NCBI GenBank assembly: GCA_050230475.1 | Contig: JBFLGF010000113.1 | Coordinates: 52,098-72,097, forward strand | Direction: 5' to 3' | DNA: 20,000 bases | From: Ancylonema sp. | Taxonomy: Eukaryota | Shown: positions 9,511 through 20,000 of the stretch, in pieces | Position numbering within the stretch: position 1 is the stretch's first letter | Layout: the number at the start of each line of letters is the position of its first letter | Translations under genes and position numbers: made by a program | The notes under the pieces: generated by a model | What the model was told of the DNA's origin: nothing | The model's input: only the letters and a program-made list of their open reading frames with translations | Databases searched by the model: none

Positions 9511-10199
9511 AGGTGTATATTCGTGGACAAGGGGGGTCTGCGAACACGTATTGTGCTTCGGGAAGCGCGGGAGCTTCTTCACCCAACAACACGCGTGGTG
9601 TTCCCTCCGTATGCGACCCTGGCCGTGGCTCCCGTCCCCACTTGCAGACGACTCTTCTTGATGCTACCCAGTTTGCGGCGTTTCAAGTACTTCTAGCGGG
9701 GACCGATCTCGCGACATCTAGGACCCGGCTTCGCCCCGTCAGGGTGTTGAATTCCCGACATGCTCGGGAAACAGGTCGACTAGATTCACGACCAGAACGA
9801 TAGAAAGCTCTCAATCATTCCATGCGCGCAAAAAACAATTGCAAGCACAAATTGGTGATACTTTTTATTTTTATTTAGTTCCAGCCGCAAAACGGCTGAG
9901 ATACTCCCTGAGCACTGTCGGCAATAGTGTGCCCAGCCCTGTCTACAATTTGACAAGTTACACGACTTTTACACGTCAGCAGACTTTACAGGACAAGCCC
10001 GCTGTATTCAAATTAATGCCATATATCGACATTGACGAATTCTAGCCCCAAACTTGGTACCGACGGTAATAACATCCAAAATTTATATACCAATTTCCTT
10101 AGTAAGTTATCGATGGTAGGACAAATCATTCATGCACCGATGAAAAACAAAAGACAACCTATCGACAACACAATGTGTTGACATTATTCATTCTAACAC

Positions 10200-11434
10200 A
10201 GTGGACCCAGTGCGGGTCATTGGCTAAAGGCGTCTCCTATTATTCCCTCCCTTCGTATCCCCCCTCCCCTCTTTCTTAGTGCACTCCGCTTGCGCCTCGG
10301 GTTTCCCCACCCTTGCCTTGCTACCTATGATACATGCGCGTGCGACAACTGTATGGACGCCCTGGGTAGCCATCTTATGGGGTGCACTCGTGGGGGGGAG
10401 CGCACTGCATCTCATGACGCGGTGCGTGATTCCGTGTTTCACATCGTCCCCGAGTCGAGTCAGTATGCCCAACGGGAGCGTACCGAATGTCTTCCGTCCT
10501 ATGCTCCCATTGGTCGTGGGGGGTGGGATGATATTGTTATTTCGGATTTGGTGGAGGGCCATATTTTGGTCGATGTGGTCGTCGCTGACTCCACGCGGCT
10601 AGTCGAGGGTTGGTGGCCGCAGAGGATGCGGAGCGGCGCAAGGAAGCACACTATTGTGATCGCGCGGCGGGGACCAAGATTATTCCGTTTCCGTTGGAGA
10701 CGTTCGGTGTTACGACCGTGGCCGGGCCGTGCTTTAGACCACTTCGCAACCGGGTCATAAAAGGCACAATGTCCAAGATGGGACTTGGACAACACTGATA
10801 TAAAATATACGAAGATGCCGTTCCCTATCACTTTCTCCCCCTCAAGGGTTCGCATCCCAAGAACCCCCAGCACCCCCAAGAATGACCGACGGAAGCCGCG
10901 CACACGGGCACCCCCCCCCGAGGGTGCGCCCCGCATGTGAATACGGGCCGAACAATACATAAATTGTAAACCCCCACGGCAAGCCGTGTGAGCGGGAAAC
11001 TAGAAGAATGGGATCCGAACCAGCGCCCACCCGCATCTTGGACATCATGTTACGACCGTGGCCGGACCGTGCTTTAGACCGCTTCGCAACCGGGCTATAA
11101 AAGGCGCAATGACCAAGATGGGACTTAGATAGCACGGATACAGTTTGTACCAAGATGCTGCTCCCAAACATATGGTGCACTTTCCGATGCGAGCAATCGG
11201 TTGCTAGTGGATTGTGCTTCCCGTGCGGCGCATTTGAATGGGCGGTCGGGGCAAAATACCGGTTTGCTAGTTACATGGTTTCGGCACAGAGTTTCGGTCG
11301 CGTTACAACGTTCTCTAGCACATGCAATCCATGCTAGGACACTGCGGTTGGAGCATGGGCATGGCTTTGTTACCTTCCCCCCGCGGGTGTCGTTGTCGTC
11401 TGTAGAGTTACGAATTGTTGCTCGGGTATTTTAG
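10200..11434 (+). mobile_element. 3' remnant of a CRE-like non-LTR retrotransposon (zinc knuckle plus restriction-like endonuclease), split by an LTR insertion at 10708-11170
   Basis: Reads SAGHWLKASP...FLSALRLRLG..CACDNCMDALGSHLMGCTRGGERTASHDAVRD...DIVI...VDVVV, then after a frameshift AERRKEAHY...PFPLETFG. Resumes after the insert with ALSD...WFRHRVSVALQRSLAHAIHAR. These are the CCHC and PD-(D/E)xK-type motifs of RLE-class LINEs. No RT domain in the window. Confidence 0.82.
10708..11170 (-). mobile_element. Miniature non-coding LTR retroelement (TRIM-like), 463 bp
   Basis: Two aligned 123-bp direct repeats (10708-10830, 11048-11170) with TGTT...(A/T)CA ends. Minus-strand polypurine tract GAGGGGGAGAAAG (10831-10843) abuts the left LTR. 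Degraded 5-bp TSD TTCGG/TATGG; removing the element and one TSD copy restores ETFG-ALSD of the host LINE. Confidence 0.85.
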
Positions 11435-12625
11435 GGTGGGATATACCTCCCTTTTTCTGCTCCTTTAGGGTGGTGAATTATTGACGGTCTTGTACTCAGA
11501 TGGGGTTCCCATCGTGCTTAACAAATTTCATTTATCTCATAAGGTACATTTACGTGATTGTGATTCAATAAGCCTATGGACTTGCTTTGTAAAAATTGTA
11601 TACGCCTCACTTTGAGCCACAAAATTCTGCTTCGAAATCTATTTAGCCAACTCATCACATACGTGAACCGCACTCGCACCACTAAATCAAATGTGAAACG
11701 TGTGAAGGAAATTGAATCAAGTGTGAATAATAAAGAGGACAATTACCCATTTCTTTGTGTAGAATATGAAAGTGAGGGGTGAGAAGTGTTTTGAAGTTGG
11801 ATTGAAGAGTGAATGTAAGGTTGTGGGCGAAAAAATAAATCCAAGATATAAACTGTTGGATATGGGTGTTTTGATTTTTACGATTAATTTCATGTTTTTT
11901 TTTTTCTTCATCATGTAACTTTGTGTCTCACATGTGCATCCTGTCATCAATACATATAACCAATTGAAATCATAACCATTCCAATTGACCTAGAGCATTA
12001 CCACACTTGATTTCCTTGAAAATTGGAGAAAAACGCTATACACTCTAAGCGTTCCAGGTTTTCATTCCTTATTTGATATGGCAAACATTTATTTGACATT
12101 TTTGTACGATGTGAAACACAATTTTATTCGCGGAGTCAAGGTTTCCAAAGTTTTTTTCTCCACGGAAAACTCCTTAAAAGCCCCAAAACCACATATTACC
12201 CAACATGTCCGGATTTTAGAGCTAAGAGGACGAACCCCGGTCCGGAACCGGGAACTTGGGACCTGGTCCGCTTGTTTGAGCAACTAAGGAAAGGACAATT
12301 GTCAATCCCCAAACGTTTTCTTTTTCGAACCTTTCAATATTGGAACAATATAGTTCCGGTCGACGTTTCTCCACCGTTCGTAACCGCTCCGACTCGCTTC
12401 TAATCCCAACCGGAAACCGGTACAAAGCAGGTTTCCGGATTGTGATATGCCATTCCACGCTTACTATGCCTCGCATTGTGACCATCGGGCAGTGGTTAGT
12501 GGCTTGTTGGCTATATCTCAATGACAATCACACTACCCCTCCACTCAAGTTGACTAATTTTCAAAGTGCTTGGGAACATGTGAAGATGTGTTATGTCACA
12601 CGCAACAAGTTGCATCAAAGATTTG

Positions 12626-12650
12626 AAAAAAAAAAAAAAAAAAAAAAAAA
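12626..12650. repeat. A25 homopolymer
   Basis: 25 consecutive A. Confidence 0.9.
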
Positions 12651-12988
12651 GACATCACATTGACATTGAGAGCGTGCACCCTAAGGGAATAGCGTATAGA
12701 CAGGAAAGAAACTAGGAACCTTCAAGGCGATACACCTTCAATGCCAATTCACATTGAACTACTCTAACCACCTCTCCCTCTACACCTTCTGGCTCTCTGG
12801 CGAACACCAAAGTAGCGACAAATCTATCATTAAGGAAAAAAACTCTTCTTGGATTTACACGGTACCGAACAAACCAAGACTGCACACCGCAAACAAAATA
12901 CAACCTGGCCGGAAACAAGAAACCAAACCCACCACAATCCAGTCCTCCACGCTCCCCCCCCCTCTCCCCATCAACCCATAGTCCAGAA

Positions 12989-15900
12989 TCATACCCTATC
13001 CTCCTCCTCCCCATCCCCCCCCCCCCTTTCATCCTCCCCATCTCCCTCCCCCCCCCCCTCCCCCTCGTTCTCCTCCCCCCACGCCCCCCCCCACGGCCTC
13101 CTTGCCGCACTCCGTATCCTTTTCTGTAAATGTTCCAAACTCGCAACCCTCTGCATAGAGGGGGTGCGTTCCATTTTCGACCCAACCTCCCCCCCAACCC
13201 CCCCAAGCCCCCCGCCCACGAGCATACCCTGCTGCTGCCCCACCATCCCCATCGCCCCGTTTCCGGGTAACGGTTCCGGGCTCCGCTCGTGCGGGTATCT
13301 GGCCATGGGGGGGGGGGGGGGGTACGGCTGGGGGGGGGGGCAGAGCGCATGCGGCAGCAGTGGGGCGGGGGCGGGGGGCAAATGGCCGGGGTGGGGGTGG
13401 GGGTGGGGGTGGGGATTCATTTGGGGGTGGGTCCCACTCATATGACCGTTGTGAGAGTGCCTGTGGTCCCCCCCCCCGTCCCCAGCACCTGCCACCTGTC
13501 CCCCCCTTATTGGCTGCGGGTAGTACGGCATGTCTGACGTGGCTAAGTGGGTTGCTGATTCATTCGTCCTGTAGTGGTGGGGGGGGGGGGGGGTACATGT
13601 AGCTGGGCATGTGGTGGGTGCGGTTCACCATCTCCTCTGCCATTTTCACCTGAAGGCAGGAGAAAACAACAGCACCGGGCCGAGACGAGGTATGAGTATC
13701 AAGAAAACGGTGGGGAGTGTAGGGAGGGTGGGGGGGGGGGGGTGGGATGAGCACCTTGGCCCTCAGTGCCTCCACGTCGGATTTCAGCACCCGGTTATCG
13801 ACGGCAGCTTCCGTGTACTTTCTGCCGATGTCACTCAGACGGTTTGCCAGGTTGGAGTTCTCCATCTGGAGTTGCGACACCTGGACAAATCACGGACTGC
13901 CACGTCAGCAACCTCCTCGGGGCTCTCCAACAGAAACACCGGAGATTGAGGTACAAAATTGAGTCTAGTTTGTAGAATTGTGGAATTGTGAAATGGGATA
14001 TCGAGGACCTCGAATCAATGAAACAAAAAAAATACGACCCTCATTACCCTTATAATTATCTCCTTACTACTCAATATATATTCGGGCTTCACCCCCCCCC
14101 CCCCCCCCCCCCCCACCCCCTCCCCCCACCTGCAGTTCCAGATCGCTGAGGTGCGCCTGTTTCCGTCGACGAGACCTACGCGCACTCTCACGATTCGAAA
14201 GCATCCTGAAAACGGGCAAATACAAAAAAAAAAAAAACTCTTTATGGCAATTTTTTTTTAAATCTTTTTGGCAAAAGTCCCTCAGACTGGCAAATACATC
14301 CCCAACCCCACCCCCCCCCCCCCCGCTCTCACCCATACCCCTCCCACCAACCCCCTCCCCCCCCCCCCCCCAACCTTTTCACCCTCTTGATTTCATCCGG
14401 ATCCGTCAAGTGCTCCAGAGAAGCCACCAGCTCATCCTCCCCCTCACTGCGAACATCGTCGTCGTCAGACAATTCACGGGAATAACCACCCCCCCCCCCA
14501 CCCCCACCCCCACCCCCCCCCCCCGGCCTGCCCAACCCCGGGGGCTTCAACCGGACGGGGGCGGGTTTGGGCGGGAGGGCGGGTATGCCCACGGGCGGGG
14601 GCGGGTATGGGCGCACGGGGAAACCTCCTGGGGTGGGGGGGGGTGGTGACAAGGGGGAGAGGGAGCTGAGGTCTCACAGAGTGCCAGCTGGCGGTGACTC
14701 ACAGGCTGTACATCTACTGCCAGCTGGCAAGTGCAGGCCAACACAAGCCACATTGGGGAGCCAGTGTTGGTGTTCCACCTGGCATATTTGCTCACCTTCT
14801 GGACTGCCAGCGTGGCGTGGAAGGGGGGGGGGTGGTTGGGGTGCTGGCATGTGATATGAGGCATTGGCAGGGGGGGGGAGGGGGGGGGCTGGAGCGGGGG
14901 GGGGGGCGGGCCGGGGCTGGGGTTGCGTTGGGGCTGGGGGAGGGGGGGAAGGTGCTCCCTTGCGCTCCCTTCCTGATTTTGTGGACTGAATCTGGACCAA
15001 GTTGGGGGGGGGGGGAAGAAGGTGTGAGGTCCTGTGTGCGTGACACCTGGCGCTTTGAGTGGCAAAAGTGGGCGGGTGGTGAACAAGAGTTTGTTTTTTC
15101 AATACATTAATAATAAAAAACTGATTATTAACAGTGGCTGTGAGGTTGTTGTTGTCTTCAGAGCGTGTCTTTCTCCAATCTCCGTACATGAACCGCACAA
15201 ATATGTGGAGTGGAAGTTACAGCTCTGCAATTAGCAGTTTCCATAACTCTTCAACTCATGATTCTCCTTTTGTCTGAAATGAAGATGCAAGTCATCACGA
15301 TGCGTGACATCTCTTTGTTATGCAGGGCCAGAACCAGGCTGAACTAGATAACGTCTCTGTACACCAAAACAACACAGTACAATTACACAAATAGAATACA
15401 AGGACCTCACTCTCACAGGCACAGACAGGGCAAGAAGCATTTTTTTATGCCCAGACCCCCAGGTGCGTATATATACACTGTGCTGTCCTTTTTCTCAAGG
15501 TACGCACCTACTTCATACGCTCGTCCCCAAAAAAAGGACTCGTTTTGAGCGTTACCCCCTCGACCCCATTTTTCTAAATGAAAACAGACGCGAATTACTC
15601 CTCTACTAGTGAACGACCAATATTTGACTTTTGGTCTGTGATTTCAGTGACGACAAAAGGGCGCCCCTGATTGCGTAGACTGTTGTACCCTCCAGCTTGC
15701 AGCAATCATTTCTACAAAATGAGACACTAAAACTTTCTCCCGGTGGATGGGGGGGGTCGCTTTTCCCTTCAAACTGATTCAGTGAACAGCAATCTCGCAC
15801 CCAACCATTCCCGTCATCGTCATCTCCTGTATCTTCCACCAAATGCACTTCATTTCCAGTCCGTTCCTTCTTATGATGATGGAAATAGGTCTGGCAGGAC

Positions 15901-16885
15901 GAGTGAGCCAGAACCCAACTCCCACCCTCGCCCAGCCCAACCTTCCAGAACCCCACCGGAAACGACTGCCAGGAGCGGCATACATCCTGTCCCTGTCCCT
16001 GGTCCTGGGGTAACGACCTATACCCGGCGGGTACCTGCAGCCCGTTTTGAGACGCTGCCAATACCTATAGCGGCAGTACGGTTAACCGGCCCAATGAAAA
16101 CTCACCCTTGATGACGCCAGCGCACACGCCATGGCCAGCCGCTGCTTCAGCACTTTCTCATACTCTTGCGGATTTGCCGCCGCATCCTCCTCCAGAATCC
16201 CCGAAAACAGGGGACGGACACCCGTCCCACCTCCCTCACCTCCCCCGCCCGCCCGCCCATCGTTTCCTTCCTTCCGCTGGCCAGCTGCGTCTTCCACCCC
16301 TCCTTCCCTTGCTTCTGCTTGTCCTGTGGTGCCACTTGGCTCGCTGCCAGGGGTTTGCAGCTGCCTCACAGTTCCCCCCTGTCTAAAGCCAAGTGAGTCT
16401 GAATGGGTGGAAGGATGATGGACACTCGGGATATGAGAAGGGGGAAGCATCGCATGGTTGCCGTTTTCAAGCCTCGCTGGCTTGGCCCCGTCGTCGCTAC
16501 GTGGCGACGTGTCCTGCAAGTCGTCGTTCAGTAGCTTATCCAAGCGGTCTAAGGAGGGCGTGAATCGCGGGAGGCCTCCGTCTCTCGATGCAGAATTGGG
16601 GAGTCCGAAACCGTCATTCCCAGTACCACCAGACCTATCAAGCCCACCGGTGGCTGCTACATGTTCCTTCAGAAACTCCTGAAAAGCCCATTCCGAAGAG
16701 CTCCGGTTCATACGGTGCACCGAATTTTCGCGCGTCATGCCTCCAACTCCACTCTCGCGTTGAAGACGCTGCAGGTCGGCGAAGGACCCAGGGAAACTTC
16801 CGGGTCCTCCACCCCCGTCGGCTCCGTGTGTGTCAAGCTTCCAAAAAGTCCCTAGAATGTCATCAATCGAATAACCGCGCTCCAT
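12989..16885 (-). CDS. Group-C bZIP transcription factor (Opaque2/CPRF2/bZIP63-like). Predicted exons 16885-16106, 14991-14796, 14627-14375, 14205-14130, 13880-13755, 13649-12989
   Basis: Group-C motifs: N-terminal [56 protein letters not shown]; basic region and zipper [41 protein letters not shown]...[27 protein letters not shown]-terminal [21 protein letters not shown]. All five introns are GT-AG and phase-compatible (0,1,2,0,0). There is a 1-nt frame discrepancy at the G15 run 13579-13593 in the last exon. Confidence 0.92.
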
Positions 16886-17130
16886 AGTCCTCCTTTTCCT
16901 AGGCTAACCCCTAAAAAATCAGAAAAAGAAAAAAACTGGGATGGCGAAAGCAGCTACCGCGAAGGTCCTCACACTTCTTCCCACATGACGGTACTAAACC
17001 TGCGCTTGCCGTAGACCTGCTCTACAAGCACTCGCACGCGCGGACCTTAAAAAAAAACGAATTGCTCTTTTCCCTTTCGAACTTAAAAATGCTGCTTGCA
17101 ATGATTATTGCCGCGGATTCACGACAATAG

Positions 17131-17307
17131 CACACGTGGCGAGAGCCCTTTCGGAGTCAGCCGCGCGCTGACGTGGATGCAAGATGTTGTTCCGGTCCCA
17201 AGTCCCATATCCGGAAATCTATCCAAAGAGCGAAGAACGGCAGGTACGGACCGTCACAAAATCGTCACGAAATCGCTCTGGGTTTTGGATTCGGATCATG
17301 ACGTGGC
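17131..17307. promoter_or_regulatory. Cluster of ACGTGG (G-box/ABRE-type) motifs upstream of the bZIP gene
   Basis: CACACGTGGC (17131-40), TGACGTGG (17169-76) and TGACGTGGC (17299-307), about 250-420 bp upstream of the ATG. Confidence 0.55.
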
Positions 17308-17908
17308 AATTCATTACACGATCAGGTCTCAATTTTTGACTTCCCGGTGGTGAGGAATCTGGCCAGTGTTCCCATTCTCTGGGAAACATGCATTGTTCAA
17401 TTTTAGGTCCTCATTTCAATTGGCCAGAAGATACAGGTGACGAATCAGGCACAAGCTAGATATATCCACAACAGACGGTCGGATATCATGCCCAGCTCAG
17501 GTCACAGGTCAAGCGTGTGCAGGATGCCCTGAGATCTGTGCCCTGTGCCCTTCTTTATTGTGAGAGGCAGTGCATGGCTTGGTGGCAGGCGTGGCGTTAG
17601 TAAAGATTTCGAGCCGGAGTTTGTTTGCTCACGGTGACCGGAATGATCACGAATGATCAAATTGGTTGGAATTTCATTGATAATAATACAGCCATCATAA
17701 AAATGGAAACATTTAATTTTAGATCCTTCATCCGGAATAATAAACTCCAAGTCACCCGATTTTCATCACAAATCAGACATTGTTGCCCATGTTTACTCCA
17801 AGAGTCAAATTCAATGCTTATTGACCAGGGGGTATATGCATCGGCGTAATTTTTACCTGAATGAGGTCAGGAAATACTGTCGAACCCGTTGGTCGTATAT
17901 GGTCACCG

Positions 17909-18162
17909 CTTCGGGCTTTGAAAGCTTGCAGTCCAGATCGCAGCCTACGGTCCAACTCGGAACCTGCAGCCCCGAGCCTAAATACCGTACTTGGTCAGGG
18001 ATACCATACTCGGCCAGGGATGATGATCCGAGAAGACTGGATCATCACAATGACTTGAAAGTCGGCCGTGTGGATCGCGTGATGGACATGTATACTAGCT
18101 AAGGGTGGATCATCATCCCAAAACTGGGTCTTCGAGCCTTCCAAAGCCTTCCAAGCCCGAAG
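17909..18162. repeat. Nested imperfect inverted repeats (possible decayed foldback element or MITE)
   Basis: 17909-17927 vs 18144-18162 match 17/19 as an inverted repeat. GGGATGATGATCC (18017-29) vs GGATCATCATCCC (18107-19) is a perfect 13-bp inverted repeat. No TSD identified. Confidence 0.45.
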
Positions 18163-18840
18163 TTCAACGTTATAAATGATCGTTTGTTGTTAGATCCAAC
18201 ATTCATTGAGTATCTATTTCCATTTTCGTCATGTCAATGTCATCGACGTATCGTGTTAAACCGTTAATTGTCACTCATAGTACACCCAAAATATTTATAC
18301 CGAAACACCAAAACACCAAGTTTTGGTGTCTTTCATACCAACTCAACAAAACTCTTACATATTCAAAATTTGTGCCTCCGCACAACTACCCCGAGCATCG
18401 CATGCTACATATTATTTCATATAAAAACAAGTACCCAAAAACGTTTCAACTTCTATCCAAAGCAAGGAATTCTATGGTTGCCACGATGCGAAGTGAAACA
18501 AGCGCACACCGAGGCTCAATGCATTCCATCTAATAGCAAGTATTCAACATTACACTACAAATCATAAAGATGGAAAGTACACGTTCGACTCAATAAAGTG
18601 TTTCGGGAAGAGTTTCCGATATGTGAATACAACGTGTTTAGCTTGGGCAGTGAAAACGGAGGGCACCAACGTTCTTGAAAAGCGTTTTGACACAAGACAA
18701 CGGCAAAACTTGACGCACTTAATTGTTAGCCCTAATAATGAGTGCCTTTGAATATAGACTTGTTGGGTCACAATTTTTGAGCAATGTGTTGTTAAGGTTG
18801 ACTTTATAGTTTTGATAGTGAATAGTTGGGGACCACATTA

Positions 18841-19104
18841 CCGTCCTATGCGCCCTTAATGATACCTTTCTTTTTATTGTTATTTAAGAATCAGATTGAC
18901 GATCATTCGTAATACGATTTCGGTAGTTATTATCAATGATTATTGGCGATGAATCCGTGATTCCGTATATAAATTTCAGAAAACTCAAAAAATGAAATGT
19001 ATTTGATGTTATCAGCGAATGATTATACCTTCTAAGACATAAATTAGGTTGATTTATTTCGGGTTTCAAATATATTTAGATATTATGAAGTGCGCACAAT
19101 ACGG
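18841..19104. mobile_element. 264-bp AT-rich TA-flanked MITE with CCGT termini (Tc1/mariner-type)
   Basis: TA|CCGTCCTATGCGCCCTTAATGATA versus the reverse complement of the right end, TA|CCGTATTGTGCGCACTTCATAATA (20/26). Confidence 0.6.
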
Positions 19105-20000
19105 TATTAAGTTTCCCAATCCATAGCGCTAGGTAAGATATGACAGAGGTTACCGGGCCGAAGACACGCTACTGGCCTGTTCGCACCCATACGGGTACTC
19201 GGGTACTTGTACTGAGGTATTTTGGGGTGGATCCTGATCTCATTTTGGATCAAAAAAATGTGTTATAACCGCATGGATCAAGTGCCTTGAAGCATCAATA
19301 TAATTCGGATATGTATGGATATTTTCCTCAATCATTTAGTTTACTATTAACGTTTGAAATCGCTGGATCATCATCTCTTGCTAGTGCGGCAATGACCCGG
19401 GTTAAAAAAGAAACAATTGATTACCGTGGTGACTCCACTCCACTTGTGGTCAACCCCACTTGCGGGCTCCGCGTACAAGCGGCACTCGATCAGCGAAGTT
19501 GTGAGTTCTGGCGCACTGCCGATTGTGGTGCCCCTAGCCACGGCCGAACCCGAAGTTGGATATTTCAACACTGTTCTTCTATCGAGGTCGCGTTAAATAC
19601 AAAGAAACCGACGTCACGAATTGGACGTCCTGTTTCGGCGTGAAGTTCCGCCGAAGGCTTCACCGAAGTTGCAGTCGCAGTTGTCTTCTCCCGCCCAATT
19701 TTGTACCAACAAGCCATGATTGGTTCAATTAGTTTTCCATATTATTATGAGTTTTGTTCGAGTAAAGCGCTTCGTCCCAAATTTGAAACGTGATATAAGG
19801 GAAAGACTTATGGACTCTGCCCCTTGCCCTTGACTTGACGTTACATAATTGGGTTACCCGACCACTTATGACGTCAAGTCAGGCCCTTGAATAACAAATT
19901 TAAGGGCCTCATCGGGCCTCGTCAAAATTTAACTTGGCTCGATGGACACATCAGTTTCCGTTCGATCCGCTCGAATCTAATGGTCGTGCGGATGCGCAAT

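Noticed and set aside
11430..11470. Telomeric TTTAGGG repeats
   Set aside because: Only two isolated heptamers, not a tandem array.
12228..12440. CCGG/AACCGG-rich patches as a MITE
   Set aside because: Suggestive of subterminal repeats, but no TIR pair or TSD could be delimited.
12712..15234. Numerous overlapping Gly/Pro-rich ORFs on both strands
   Set aside because: These are by-products of the G/C homopolymer tracts in the bZIP gene. Only the spliced minus-strand frame has family motifs.
15606..16111. ORFs inside bZIP intron 1 as nested genes or extra exons
   Set aside because: No recognisable motifs, and exon 1 joins the 14991 exon in phase without them. An additional exon cannot be fully excluded.
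19831..19881. Hairpin TGACTTGACGT...ACGTCAAGTCA as an ncRNA or Helitron end
   Set aside because: The 11-bp inverted repeat is real, but there is no adjacent CTRR terminus or RNA-family motif to support a call.

Overview
Eukaryotic, green-plant-type (streptophyte-like) genomic DNA with spliceosomal introns. From left to right: (1) The last two coding exons of THIC (phosphomethylpyrimidine synthase, + strand, stop at 712). (2) Its 3' region, which carries several consensus splice sites and an array of TPP riboswitch units: two complete aptamers (1351-1459, 1505-1608) and a third that keeps P1/P3/CUGAGA but has lost P4-P5 (1638-1723). Each unit has a candidate 3' splice acceptor at its P1/P2 junction. 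This array is the most interesting feature of the window. (3) A transposon-rich intergenic zone: a 3.9-kb hAT element with a perfect 8-bp TSD and a decayed transposase, related hAT MITEs, TA-flanked CCGT-ended Tc1/mariner-type non-autonomous elements, and a CRE-type (restriction-like endonuclease) non-LTR retrotransposon remnant. The remnant is interrupted by a 463-bp miniature LTR element whose primer-binding site looks self-priming. (4) A six-exon group-C (Opaque2/bZIP63-like) bZIP transcription factor gene on the - strand (16885-12989), rich in poly-G/C tracts, with ACGTGG motifs upstream. All calls come from reading the sequence and recalled family motifs; no searches were run.
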